A DNA stretch of 64,000 nucleotides from a virus. The notes below the pieces were generated by a model, which had not been told where the DNA came from, made no database searches, and saw only the letters and a list, made by a program, of their open reading frames with translations. The DNA is taken from positions 37,195 to 101,194 of the IMG/VR virus record IMGVR_UViG_3300037521_000114; one strand, 5' to 3'. A program made the translations under genes and the position numbers. Each line of letters opens with the position of its first letter. The stretch's first letter is position 1. Below are positions 1 to 10,754 of this stretch, piece after piece.

Positions 1-681
1 TTTTCTAATCTTATCTTCACTAATTCCTGAACGATCTCCTGTTCGAAGAAAATGATCAAGTCCTTCAACATCAACTGGTTGCAATCCAAAGGCTTGAGCA
101 TCAGCTTCAACCATCTTCATAATATCTGTTGCAGTCTTAGCATAGTCACCTCTTGCAGCCATGTCAACCTCGAAAGCACTTGATGCTCTTACATTACCTT
201 GTTCATCAAGAGTACTCAGATTTGAAGGATCATTGAAAATGAAAGCATTAGGATTTTTGATTTTAAATTCTCGTGCTGCTTCTCTACGCTTCTCAACTTC
301 TTTCTGAGCGTTCCAAAACTTGTGTCCTCTAATTGCGGTAACTTGACCTGCAACTGCTTTTGCGGCACGTCCCCAATCTCCACCATACTGATCCTGAACA
401 AGCGTATCAATACCTTGCATCCCTTCTTTAATAATACGATTCTTACTTTCCAAGTCATCTAAACCAACTTGTTGTTGAGTAAGTGCATCCTTCTGTGCAA
501 GAGCACCTGCATAACCTACATCGAAAGCAGTTTGCCTACGATCAAGCTCTGCTGTCATCGTGTCAATAGGAATAGGATTAAAGAAAGATTGAGATTGGAT
601 ATTAGTAGGTCCTTGGTAAGCAGATACTCCGCTTCCTCCAAATCTTCTACCACCATATCCTCCTGTATATTGATTAGGCAT
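1..681 (-). CDS. Virion cargo/internal protein, partial (runs off window edge)
   Basis: Not in the ORF track. Read manually from ATG at 681 (MPNQYTGGYGGRRFGGSG...), open to position 1. Follows the cargo genes on the same strand. Confidence 0.7.
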   Translation of the reverse strand, partial: MPNQYTGGYGGRRFGGSGVSAYQGPTNIQSQSFFNPIPIDTMTAELDRRQTAFDVGYAGALAQKDALTQQQVGLDDLESKNRIIKEGMQGIDTLVQDQYGGDWGRAAKAVAGQVTAIRGHKFWNAQKEVEKRREAAREFKIKNPNAFIFNDPSNLSTLDEQGNVRASSAFEVDMAARGDYAKTATDIMKMVEADAQAFGLQPVDVEGLDHFLRTGDRSGISEDKIRK

Positions 682-698
682 GATTTTGCGTTTTAAGA

Positions 699-2417
699 TT
701 ATCCACTTACTCGTAGATTCGGATTGTTAAACTGGATACGTGCAGGATCAGTTACTCCGAAGAATCTCCGACCAAACGTTGGGTCGTCTTGTTGAAATCC
801 AAAGTCCTTATCTGCCATTCTCATGTTAATCAGTTGATCATACTGACCAGAAGCTATACGATCCTGACCGTACTGAGTAATTGCACCTGCTACACCTGAG
901 ATTTGCTGACCACGACGACCAGCGTTAATCAGTTGGTTCTCACGTTCAAGCTGTTCTCTCATCATAGCACTACGCAGGTTCGTCTGATCTGCTTGTGATC
1001 TCTGCTGTGCATTAAACATATTGGTAGCCTGTTTGATCTGAGCGTTCTTGTTAGCTTGAGCTTCCTGACTTGCAGTAAACTGTTGTCCTGCAATTCCTTG
1101 AGTAGCTGTAGCACCTGCAATAGTAGTCTGAGTAAGACCTTGTTGAGTTCCACGACTTCTTGCAACAGAACGTATCTGAGCTTGTGATCTGTCACGCTCA
1201 CGTTGAATCTGTTCACGAGAACGAGAATAGTCCACCAATCGAGGAGCGATCTGCTGTGCAGTTACATCTTCAATATTTTCACCGGCAGGAAGATCAAGTT
1301 GTCTGTTAGCAAGAATGTTTCCAAGTCCTGTTGCTGCTGCTCCCCACCAAGGAACTCTTGATTGAAACATATCAAAGCCTTGCTGTTGACCTGCTGCTCC
1401 TGCACCTGTCTGAGCTACTGCTCCTGCACGAGTTTGAGGAAGTGAATCAGGAGTAAATCCAAGACCTGCATCTTGTCCTAACTGATTGTTCCTAAAAATA
1501 TCTCCTGTATTGATACTTCCAGCTCCGACAGAAGCAGCAGCTTGAGCAGGTTTACCTGAAGGAGAAGTTTTAGAACCACGATACGTAAGACCGAGTTTAT
1601 CAGTAGCAGTTAGTCCATCATATCCTCCTAGTCCACCATCAAAACCTAAAGGTTCATCTCCTTGAACTTGAGGGAAATTAAGATTAGCTCCTTGGAAGTT
1701 TCCTAAACTACCATCTGGTTGACCTTGAGCCTGACCTTGACCTTGACCGAGACCAAGACTTGCACGACCCGGACGAGTTTCATCAATACCTAAACTCGCA
1801 CGACCAGGACGAGTGTTATCAACAAATCGACCAGCTTGAGCTTGTGCTCCTCTCTGAAGAGGATCAAGTGGACTACGACCTTGAATCAGATCATAAGGAC
1901 TTACGTTAAGTTGAGGATTACTAAAGTCTCCTGCCTGATACGCTCCGGTAGGTGCATTGAAAGGTGTACCTTGAAAAGCTCCAAGATAATCTTGCGTCTT
2001 ATCTCCAAAGTACTGAGAATATGGATAAGCAGGTTGTCCATAAGGAATCTGATTGAATCCACCACCTTGATACTTAGGAAGTTTACCACCTTTAGCAAAT
2101 AGAGACTGACCAGCAATCTGTGGACCTTGTTGATTACCCTGAGGTTGACTCGGAGGAGTGAGGAGACTTGAGACTGATTGAGTCTGTCTCTTGGTCAACT
2201 TACCACCGTCAACAAATGTCTGAACCGCTTCCTGTTGGAATTGCTGATCCTTCTGTTGCTTGACAGCTCGTGCTTGTTCCTGTTCCTCTTGCAGTCCAGT
2301 AAGCTCTTGATTCATAGCTTCCATAGCAAGTACATCTCCCTTGTCGAAATTCTCTCCAAGACGAGGCTTGTACTTATTCATAATGCTCTTTGCTCTACTT
2401 GCGTATGTCTGTGCCAT
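699..2417 (-). CDS. Putative virion cargo (ejection) protein, Q/G-rich
   Basis: 572 aa, low complexity, carries xxGG motifs; downstream of the tail muzzle gene as in Crassvirales gene order. Confidence 0.6.
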   Translation of the reverse strand: MAQTYASRAKSIMNKYKPRLGENFDKGDVLAMEAMNQELTGLQEEQEQARAVKQQKDQQFQQEAVQTFVDGGKLTKRQTQSVSSLLTPPSQPQGNQQGPQIAGQSLFAKGGKLPKYQGGGFNQIPYGQPAYPYSQYFGDKTQDYLGAFQGTPFNAPTGAYQAGDFSNPQLNVSPYDLIQGRSPLDPLQRGAQAQAGRFVDNTRPGRASLGIDETRPGRASLGLGQGQGQAQGQPDGSLGNFQGANLNFPQVQGDEPLGFDGGLGGYDGLTATDKLGLTYRGSKTSPSGKPAQAAASVGAGSINTGDIFRNNQLGQDAGLGFTPDSLPQTRAGAVAQTGAGAAGQQQGFDMFQSRVPWWGAAATGLGNILANRQLDLPAGENIEDVTAQQIAPRLVDYSRSREQIQRERDRSQAQIRSVARSRGTQQGLTQTTIAGATATQGIAGQQFTASQEAQANKNAQIKQATNMFNAQQRSQADQTNLRSAMMREQLERENQLINAGRRGQQISGVAGAITQYGQDRIASGQYDQLINMRMADKDFGFQQDDPTFGRRFFGVTDPARIQFNNPNLRVSG

Positions 2418-2421
2418 GATG

Positions 2422-5400
2422 TTATGCTGTTAGATCATCGTTATCACTAAATATATATCCGTTCCATGCTACTTCACCTATCTCAGTCAAGCCTACAGCA
2501 GACTGTTTGCTTGTCCCAACAGGATTACCTTTTGCATCGACAGGGATTCCTCCTTGAGGACCATTGTGAGATTGTCCATTACTGTAATCCACAATCATAG
2601 GATTCATAGCATTACCTTGTCCTTGATCCATCAGACCACCTCCAAATTGATATGTCTCAAAGGTAGCACCGTAATCAATATTTTCTTGTGGATCAAACTG
2701 AGCAGCTAAAGCAGAAGCCGTTTCACGTTTCTGAGCAGATGCTTCTTCACGACCCTGAGCTTCTACAAGTTCATCCTCTGCTCTATTTTTACGAACAGCA
2801 CCTACAATAGCATCTGTAGCATATCCTGCACCAATAAGAATAGGTCCAACTATTGTTCCAATAGGAGGAATTACACTGATGACACCACCGACTGATTTCA
2901 GAATCTTACCTGCATTATCTCCAAGCCAACTTCCAAAGGAAAGTTCGGGTAGATAACCAAGTAATTGTCCTCCGTCTTGATAGACAGGATAAGAACCTTC
3001 TGTTTGTTCTTGAGAAAGGTTTCCTATAAAACCATCATATTGTTCTTGAGAAAGTTGTCCACCATTTTCAAATCTTGGTCCACTCTGAGGTGCATATATA
3101 GGAGAAGTAAACGCATTATTAGATTGACCTTGTTGAGCTTGTAAAGCACCGGGAATCCCTCCTAATGGTTGTCCTGATGGTTGTCCTGATCCTGCTCGTT
3201 GACCTTGTAACTGCTGTGCTTGTAGTAATTGGCTCTGTCCCATCTGATTCAGAGTAGCATCTGTAGCAGCGTTAGCAGCACCTTGACCATCATCTCGTCT
3301 TGAATTGAGATACTGATTAAGATTCATACCACCTTGTTGCTGTTGCATATACTGACCAATTCCTAATCCACCCATAGCAGCCATATCAAATCCACCATAC
3401 TGACCACCAACAACATTAGCACCTGCAAGACTTCCAGAACTTGCTCCCATCATAGCACTACCAATACCTGAAATATCAGAAGGATTGATGTTACTTAAAA
3501 AACCTGAAGCACCTTCTCCAATAGCTCCACCAAAGGTTCCACCTGCTCCACCGTATGCACTCAGAGCAGCACCACCGATATTCATTGCAAGTGCTCCCCA
3601 ATCTGGATCAGGGAGATCGAGATACTTTAGATTTTCAAGGTCTTCATGTCGTCCTGCAAGTTGTCCAGTATTAAGGGTTCTTGCGAACTGATCTTTTCCA
3701 AATGTTTCTCCACCCCACTGATATTGAGGAAGTTTACCACCGTTTGCTTTCTTTTCAATACCTTCTTGATAGCCTCTCCACGCTTCAGTATTCTTATAAT
3801 TCTTTGCAAAGAATTTTGCTCTTTCAGAAGAAGACATTTTAATTGCATTTCCAGCACCTATAACCTGATCACCTACTTGGTTCTGAGGAACCTCTCTCAT
3901 TGTAGAGTCCTGATTCATAATTACTCGTGGAGCAACGTAATTACCATAGCTTCCCAGCAAGTGACTTTGAGAGCCTCCGGGAATCGGTATTTGAAGGTTT
4001 GGATCAGGGTTGTAAATTCTATCAACGAAAGGAACATTCCTGTTAGCGTTGAATGTAGAATCCATTTGTGCAGAAGTTAGTTCACCACCATCCTGAAAGG
4101 TGTGTGCTGCATGTTGCTCTCTGGTGTGACCCATAGCTTTAGCAGCAGCATCAAACTTCTTCTTCTCTGGTGCTGAGAGGTCTAAGTATCCACCATCCTG
4201 ATGTCGTACAAGTTTACCTCCACAACCTAAAGCAGGAAGTGGAAGTTCTGGATTCCTTCCCAAAGGAGTACTGTCTCCTGCGAGATAACCACCATGCTTC
4301 TGCTGCGGTAGATTCTGTGCAAGTTGCTCCTGTTGTTGTTGTGCTGCTCGATTTTGATTCTGCTTATGGTGCATACCATCAGGAGGTAATAGTGGGAGTG
4401 TAGCTATTTGTTCCTCTGTCAGGAACCTTTTTCCTTTACCAATATTTAACTCAAGAGGTATAGTAGTCTTAACTTGCTCACCAAATGCGTGTAACCTATT
4501 CCATTTTCCTCCTTCTTTTCCTTTCTGAGATTGAATATAACCACTGTTATTCCAGATGTCTCTCATCTCACTTACTGTCGCACCTTCTTTTAATCCTGCT
4601 TTATTCTGAGAAGGATTGAAATCATAATCATCTGATATTACAATTTCACCTTTTTCATTTCTGTAAACTTGAACATTACCTGTAAACTGAGATAGTGAGA
4701 GTTCAGTATTTTTCAATATCTCCTTCATCCCTCTACCCTTAATTTCCTGTAAAGCAGCATCAGAACTTACTGCCTGATTGATCAGTTCATCATCAGAATA
4801 ATCTCTGTAATCAAGTGAACCACCTTTACCACTGAGAAGATTCCTTGCTATGACATCCCTGTAAGTCATCTTCTCTTTCCGAGTGATGAACTTTTCAGTG
4901 ATAGGTCTTGCTGAATTTTCGTCTTGGATTCCATGTCCAACAGCAGCAACGTGAGCCATATATCTTGGATAACCTCTGACAGCAGCAGGGAGTCTCAATG
5001 CTCCTATATTTGATCTACTTTCCGCTTCTGTAGCTTCTCTCTGTTCTGCTTCTGTTACAGCAGTTCCTAATGGAGTCATTTCTCCCTCAACCATTTTCTC
5101 TACTTCAACAGGTTTCATTACTTCCTGTAATTCAGTAGGTACATCTTCCACAATTTGATCCGTAATCCTTTCATTCATGAAACTACTATACTCCTTCAAA
5201 GCAACTTTACTTGTAACACGCTTTGGTTCAGCATCCGGTGAGGACTTGAACATTAAGTTTCCACTATCATCTTTGAAGTAATCGTAGTCCTTGTAAGCCT
5301 TGTTACTTCTGAAGTCTGATCCTTTTACAGCAGGTGATATTCTTTCAAAATCGAGAATATCATTTGTCTCTACACGAGTAGCATCTATAGCAGTAGTCTC

Positions 5401-5733
5401 AGGAGTAAATTCTGGACGTTGAGGAATAGATCGTTGTCCACCTACAAGAGGTCCTTGAGTAGGAGCTTGTGGATCAACTCTTGGATCAAACTGAGGAGTA
5501 TAGGTAGCAGGGTTACTTGGATCAAGAGGACTATTAAATCGTCGTTGTTGTTGTTGAGTAGGTACACCACCAGCGAGAGGTCCTAATGTAGGATCATCAG
5601 GTTGAGCTGTTCGATGAAACTCAGGAATATACTGGTCAGCAAGATTACCACCATCTTGAAATATATGTGCAGCGTGTTGTTCAATAGTATGACCCATAGC
5701 TGCTGCGTCTTGTGCAAATCGTGACTTTGGCAT
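2422..5733 (-). CDS. Putative virion cargo protein with internal repeats and a C-terminal hydrophobic segment
   Basis: 1103 aa; duplicated AMGHTxEQHAAHxFQDGG; glycine-rich hydrophobic stretch (ILKSVGGVISVIPPIGTIVGPILIGAG); synteny. Confidence 0.6.
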   Translation of the reverse strand: MPKSRFAQDAAAMGHTIEQHAAHIFQDGGNLADQYIPEFHRTAQPDDPTLGPLAGGVPTQQQQRRFNSPLDPSNPATYTPQFDPRVDPQAPTQGPLVGGQRSIPQRPEFTPETTAIDATRVETNDILDFERISPAVKGSDFRSNKAYKDYDYFKDDSGNLMFKSSPDAEPKRVTSKVALKEYSSFMNERITDQIVEDVPTELQEVMKPVEVEKMVEGEMTPLGTAVTEAEQREATEAESRSNIGALRLPAAVRGYPRYMAHVAAVGHGIQDENSARPITEKFITRKEKMTYRDVIARNLLSGKGGSLDYRDYSDDELINQAVSSDAALQEIKGRGMKEILKNTELSLSQFTGNVQVYRNEKGEIVISDDYDFNPSQNKAGLKEGATVSEMRDIWNNSGYIQSQKGKEGGKWNRLHAFGEQVKTTIPLELNIGKGKRFLTEEQIATLPLLPPDGMHHKQNQNRAAQQQQEQLAQNLPQQKHGGYLAGDSTPLGRNPELPLPALGCGGKLVRHQDGGYLDLSAPEKKKFDAAAKAMGHTREQHAAHTFQDGGELTSAQMDSTFNANRNVPFVDRIYNPDPNLQIPIPGGSQSHLLGSYGNYVAPRVIMNQDSTMREVPQNQVGDQVIGAGNAIKMSSSERAKFFAKNYKNTEAWRGYQEGIEKKANGGKLPQYQWGGETFGKDQFARTLNTGQLAGRHEDLENLKYLDLPDPDWGALAMNIGGAALSAYGGAGGTFGGAIGEGASGFLSNINPSDISGIGSAMMGASSGSLAGANVVGGQYGGFDMAAMGGLGIGQYMQQQQGGMNLNQYLNSRRDDGQGAANAATDATLNQMGQSQLLQAQQLQGQRAGSGQPSGQPLGGIPGALQAQQGQSNNAFTSPIYAPQSGPRFENGGQLSQEQYDGFIGNLSQEQTEGSYPVYQDGGQLLGYLPELSFGSWLGDNAGKILKSVGGVISVIPPIGTIVGPILIGAGYATDAIVGAVRKNRAEDELVEAQGREEASAQKRETASALAAQFDPQENIDYGATFETYQFGGGLMDQGQGNAMNPMIVDYSNGQSHNGPQGGIPVDAKGNPVGTSKQSAVGLTEIGEVAWNGYIFSDNDDLTA

Positions 5734-5823
5734 AATATTTTTTATTAGGTCCTAAGTACCAATAATGTAAAAATACTCCATAATCTAATACGCAACAATC
5801 AATCAATCAAAAACTTTCTAATG

Positions 5824-8800
5824 TCAACTATTAGATATTGTAACGGAAGTTTGCATATCATGTATTACAAGTCGCTTGTCTGCATTGTCATTTAAGTAAG
5901 CGAACTTGGCGAATATATGAGTGTCACGCATACGTGAATAACGATTATCGAGAACTGGTCCTTGTACACCTTGATGAGACTCATACAGTGCTCTTGGAAT
6001 AGTATATCGCCATGTACGCATCCTACGCTTGATGTTCTGTCCAGATATGAGTTCAATCTCTCCTGTGTGCTGATAATCATTCCACATGGTAATGTGATCG
6101 AAAGTATCACGAGTATCTACATTATCGACAAACGATTCTGTTAACCACTCAAAATTATTGAAGATGCCGATCTCAGTTACCGAAGGGTTAATAAGAAATG
6201 TTATGGAAATCTCTCTGTAATTTCCATAGATCATACCTCTTGCTCCTGCAAAATCATTATGCCTGTGAAACTGATGAAATGAACCACTGGTTCCGAGAAC
6301 TTTCTCAAGATAGTTGATTACATAAAATGGTTGATTGTCTGTAAAGGTGACAAACGATTGAGTCATTTCATTGTATACGAGTCCAAAATGCTCAGTGTTA
6401 TCCACGATATAAACTTCCCTGTATTCAGGATCATAGTATAAGTGCATAGCTCCATCAATAGTAATGGTCATGTCCTTAGCTTCCACGATATTCTCTCTAA
6501 ACCAAGCACTCATACCTCTCATCATGGAAATCTCTTCCGGACCTTTGGTGTGTTGGAACATGGACTGATTGATCACATCAACCCAATAGAGAGCGTTAGG
6601 TGTCTGAAGTAAATGTCTCCAATGGGAACATCCCATGTTAGTCTTACCGTAGTCATATCGGTCTAAGATACCAGTTGAACCAAGAACTATTTGAGCACCT
6701 GTATCTGTTGATGAAACCAATGCTCTCTCGTTTACACTCAGTAAACCAAATGCTTTCGGTTGAAAGAATAAAAGTTGATTACCCATTGTTTCCAATACAG
6801 TCAAGGGACCAAATTGAGGATCAACTTCTATAAAGGAATCTGTACGGAACCTGAGCCAACTGTCAGAAGCCTCACCATTGATCTTCTTGTCGGAGGCATA
6901 CACTCGTGTATCAATATCTGAGAGTGGTCTCCAATCAAAGGGTCTTGGAATGAATATGATAGTATCATTCTCTTTCGAGTAAACAGTATTATATCTGTAA
7001 AGGTCTTCGAATTGGAAGAGTATATTAGTATAAAGACCTTCTGATATTTCTCCGTCAGCCCATATCCCTGCTTCATCATGCAGGAAGATTGCTTCGTATT
7101 GACCACTCTGTTCAGTGTAAGGCTCGTCAACTCTTAGACCAGCATTTATACTTGATTCACATGGAAATGAAATAACATCCGGTAATACACCACTGGTTAA
7201 TGCTTCTTCATTCTGACGAGCGTTCCACATATATTCGAACGCTACCAGATAAGTATCACCACCTCTGGCTTCAGCAACTACATCAAATATACCATTTTCA
7301 TCATGAACATCACTACAAGAAATATACTGACTTACACTTCTTGCATTGTAATCAGTTCCTCCATATTGAGTAGTAAATACATTACGCCTGTAATTTAGAA
7401 TAGGGATTCCAGTATTGTAATCGTCCTCTTTCTCGTAGTAAAACCCACTGGTAAATAGAAAACATATTCCCTTGTCAGTGAAATTGGTAAGATTATTTAT
7501 AGAGTAACTGTTACCTGAACCAAAATTCTTAGCAATATCTGACTGAAGAATCATTTGACCTTCAAGAACATCTGCGAAACTATCACTATGAAATTCATTT
7601 CCTGACACAGCACTTCCAGCAGGTGTTTGTTGAGCTGATAAACCAGAGGGATCATCGTACTTGTAGTACTTGAGGCGATCATCAGGAGTCGTATCCTGAT
7701 ACAGACTTCCGAGTACTGTACCTATAACCTGAATAAAATCAGTTCCTTTTGTTGAAAGGTTTTTATTGAATGAAATCTCAGGAGAGTGAAACTGTACTGT
7801 AGAATTAGTACTATTTGCTGCTCCCCATTCCTGATGAAAGAAACTACCACTTGCACCAGTAACAGGCATACCTATACCTTGAGCAAGAATACTTCTATCA
7901 TTACCACTACGTTTAACTCTTACAATTTCAAAACTCTCTGCCCCATCAGGTATATTCTTGATAGTAAACTCAACATATAAAGGATATGCAAGTAATTCAG
8001 GTATGTCATTAGTAAACGCATAGTATGGAGAAGCAGGAGTTTGATCCGTACTCATGGAAGGCATCCGGATGTCAGCTATCCATTTAACAAAAGATGCACG
8101 TCCTTTCAAATCAAAGAATACAATCCCAAAGCGATAGGTTTCATCCCTTTGAAAACTCACTCTTTCACCAGCGTTCCATGTAGATTTATAACTATTAAAA
8201 CGTCGTTGATCACCTACAAGTATTCCACCACCGTAATTATTATAATTACCACCATTGGTAATGTCAACACTCAATGCACTTGCATACGCCTCTCTGCGAA
8301 TCCTGTACTCTACGTTAGGACCCTCTCCACCAACAGTTTCACCATCAGATTGATACATGAATCGCCAAGTATGATCTCCATCATTATCGAGATCATTGAA
8401 CTGGTTGATAGCATCGAACTCTTCATCAATAAGGTCCCATGTAGCAACAACAGGAACACCGGAAGCTGTTACATTTCCACTATCGTCTATCTCATAATAA
8501 CTTACAAGATCACTATCGTAGATTCTTGCTACCTGCGAACCTTGAGTAGCAGCACCGTAAATAGCGTTATAGTTAAAAGTAAGTGAGTCGTCTTCCCATC
8601 CAGAATACCGATAGGCTCTTGCATCGTAGTCAACATCAAAATCTTCAACGATTACATTTCCTGCAAACAAAATGTTATCTTTTGTTTCGATAACCTCTGC
8701 GGAGAACAAAGTAGTTTGCAGCAATCTAAGTTCATTAAGAGTATAACTTCCAAAGGATTCTCCGGTATCAATAAACTGATATGTTCCTGCACCGGGAATA

Positions 8801-9714
8801 CTTTCTTCTTTAACAATACGAAGCTCAGGTTCAAGATTGAGTGCACTATAATGTATGGCTACAACACGAATCCTTGTGTAGTGGTCCGATTCAACTACAA
8901 TTTCATTGACAGTTGATTTGCCTGTATTTACATCAATTTCCGAACCCTTGTAGTCTCTATCAATAAATCCAAAATCACTACTCTCACTGAGGTTAATAAG
9001 ATTACTTACAGGAGAAAATACAGTTTCACCACCGTTAAGAGTATAAAGCTGGTAAGCATACTGGACTCTTCCAGACTTGAGATTTCCCGAACCCATATCA
9101 ATGAGTGTAGGTTTAGTAATTTCAACATCACCGAGAACTTCAAGTCGATCCGTAGGAATACTTGTAAGATCATTGGTGTCTTCATCATAAACTATATTTA
9201 TATACCGAAGTCGATTATATCCATCTACCCAATAGACTTTCTGAACGTACTGATTCTCATATCTTCCAACACATTGAATAGGATATTCTGTAGAAAAACT
9301 GAGTGCGTTTCTGTATATCCAACTTCCTCCGTTTATTTCATAATCAGGAAGAGGACTCAGTACCATAGTTCCTGTAAGAGCTTCAAGGTCTGCGATAGGA
9401 ACTTTAATAATAAAATCATTGTTTGCAGCAGGATCAGGTGGACCTGAAACATTCTCTGTGATAAATAATATGATGTTGTCTCTGAGAATACAGTATCCTA
9501 CAATCGTAACAGGAATACTTCCTCCGGTTCCATTGACGTTGGATATATCAAGACGTTCGATAGTTCCTGCCATGTCTTCAAGAGCACCACTACTCACACC
9601 GTCCTGAGTCAGGATACGAACATTATTCGCTCCATAGTAATGACGGTTGTCATACTTGTTCTTGGATGAATCCCTGTCCATCCCTGCTGAAAATTCATTA
9701 CTAAGTACTGCCAT
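5824..9714 (-). CDS. Tail stabilization/muzzle protein (P22 gp10-like, Crassvirales)
   Basis: 1296 aa beta-rich; N-terminal F..GM..D, KVYWVDG, YRFGIVFFD, C-terminal RMRDTH; position next to ring proteins. Confidence 0.8.
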   Translation of the reverse strand: MAVLSNEFSAGMDRDSSKNKYDNRHYYGANNVRILTQDGVSSGALEDMAGTIERLDISNVNGTGGSIPVTIVGYCILRDNIILFITENVSGPPDPAANNDFIIKVPIADLEALTGTMVLSPLPDYEINGGSWIYRNALSFSTEYPIQCVGRYENQYVQKVYWVDGYNRLRYINIVYDEDTNDLTSIPTDRLEVLGDVEITKPTLIDMGSGNLKSGRVQYAYQLYTLNGGETVFSPVSNLINLSESSDFGFIDRDYKGSEIDVNTGKSTVNEIVVESDHYTRIRVVAIHYSALNLEPELRIVKEESIPGAGTYQFIDTGESFGSYTLNELRLLQTTLFSAEVIETKDNILFAGNVIVEDFDVDYDARAYRYSGWEDDSLTFNYNAIYGAATQGSQVARIYDSDLVSYYEIDDSGNVTASGVPVVATWDLIDEEFDAINQFNDLDNDGDHTWRFMYQSDGETVGGEGPNVEYRIRREAYASALSVDITNGGNYNNYGGGILVGDQRRFNSYKSTWNAGERVSFQRDETYRFGIVFFDLKGRASFVKWIADIRMPSMSTDQTPASPYYAFTNDIPELLAYPLYVEFTIKNIPDGAESFEIVRVKRSGNDRSILAQGIGMPVTGASGSFFHQEWGAANSTNSTVQFHSPEISFNKNLSTKGTDFIQVIGTVLGSLYQDTTPDDRLKYYKYDDPSGLSAQQTPAGSAVSGNEFHSDSFADVLEGQMILQSDIAKNFGSGNSYSINNLTNFTDKGICFLFTSGFYYEKEDDYNTGIPILNYRRNVFTTQYGGTDYNARSVSQYISCSDVHDENGIFDVVAEARGGDTYLVAFEYMWNARQNEEALTSGVLPDVISFPCESSINAGLRVDEPYTEQSGQYEAIFLHDEAGIWADGEISEGLYTNILFQFEDLYRYNTVYSKENDTIIFIPRPFDWRPLSDIDTRVYASDKKINGEASDSWLRFRTDSFIEVDPQFGPLTVLETMGNQLLFFQPKAFGLLSVNERALVSSTDTGAQIVLGSTGILDRYDYGKTNMGCSHWRHLLQTPNALYWVDVINQSMFQHTKGPEEISMMRGMSAWFRENIVEAKDMTITIDGAMHLYYDPEYREVYIVDNTEHFGLVYNEMTQSFVTFTDNQPFYVINYLEKVLGTSGSFHQFHRHNDFAGARGMIYGNYREISITFLINPSVTEIGIFNNFEWLTESFVDNVDTRDTFDHITMWNDYQHTGEIELISGQNIKRRMRTWRYTIPRALYESHQGVQGPVLDNRYSRMRDTHIFAKFAYLNDNADKRLVIHDMQTSVTISNS

Positions 9715-10451
9715 TATCTACCGCTATTATTGTGTAAGATAAGTCTCTCGCTATCAGAAGAATAAATGAATGAAGAATCATGAAAGTCCGTGTGAGTTTT
9801 AAGTCTTAGGAACCTGTTCTTAATGCTCTCCATTTCATCAATAGAGGGAATTTGTGCCTTCGTACCAGCAGCACCGATATACCATCCTCGATCTTGCTCA
9901 AGTTTCTGGTACTTTTGTCCACTGAGATGATCTTGGAAATAAAGTCTAAATCCTATTCTCTCAGCAACGTATGCCTGTACAGCCATGACGAACTTAATGT
10001 CATCAGGAATCATAGGCATACCTAATGAGTTTGTAGGAAATGCTTTGTAATGCAATTCTACCTGTCCTTCTTTAAAGGATGTGAAGATGTAGTTATTATT
10101 AAGCGTGTACGAGTATTGAGATTCTCTTACAAATGTCTGGTCCATGTCTCTTAAAAAGGAACTTGACTTACAGATCATTGGCATCTTTGTATCGTAATCT
10201 CTTGCGAGATATACACTGAAAAGATCATTTGGAAGCTCTCCTCTGTAATTGGTGACTTCGATAGGGTTTGGCATAGTGTCACTTCCATCGGAAATCTTAT
10301 CAACGAATTGTTGAGGAGCACCGATAAGAGCCATCACATCCCATATCCATTCGATCACTTCATCGTATTTGACTTCCAAATCAAATCCGTAATCTCGATA
10401 GACACGCTCGATAATATAAGCTACATCAACATATTTGCCATTTAAGCTCAT
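9714..10451 (-). CDS. Tail ring/tubular protein
   Basis: 245 aa; YIFTSFKEGQVELHYKAFP..PMIPD motif typical of crAss tail ring proteins; start/stop coupled to the muzzle gene. Confidence 0.7.
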   Translation of the reverse strand: MSLNGKYVDVAYIIERVYRDYGFDLEVKYDEVIEWIWDVMALIGAPQQFVDKISDGSDTMPNPIEVTNYRGELPNDLFSVYLARDYDTKMPMICKSSSFLRDMDQTFVRESQYSYTLNNNYIFTSFKEGQVELHYKAFPTNSLGMPMIPDDIKFVMAVQAYVAERIGFRLYFQDHLSGQKYQKLEQDRGWYIGAAGTKAQIPSIDEMESIKNRFLRLKTHTDFHDSSFIYSSDSERLILHNNSGR

Positions 10452-10463
10452 CGTTGACTGTTT

Positions 10464-10754
10464 TTACATTAGTGGTGTATCGACAAAGGCGAACATTTTC
10501 TGATCATCCTCAGTCGGTTTAACTTCATCGAAAGGATTCTCAGTAGTGACGTATTCCTTGTGTTCGTCAATATACTCAGCATCCTCTTCATCAGCAGGTT
10601 TCCCGTACTTGGTTTCGGTAACGATATAACCACCTTCGACCTTACGGACTTCCTTGCTGTGGCTTAAACCGTTCTTTTCCCAAGACTTACGAAAACTGAC
10701 AGTTGTTTTACCGTCTTTTCCGGTTTCTTTGGTCATGTTAATTCTTTCGCTCAT
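10464..10754 (-). CDS. Hypothetical protein
   Basis: Likely start MSERINMTKE at 10754 rather than 10823, which would overlap the upstream gene more deeply. Confidence 0.55.
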   Translation of the reverse strand: MSERINMTKETGKDGKTTVSFRKSWEKNGLSHSKEVRKVEGGYIVTETKYGKPADEEDAEYIDEHKEYVTTENPFDEVKPTEDDQKMFAFVDTPLM

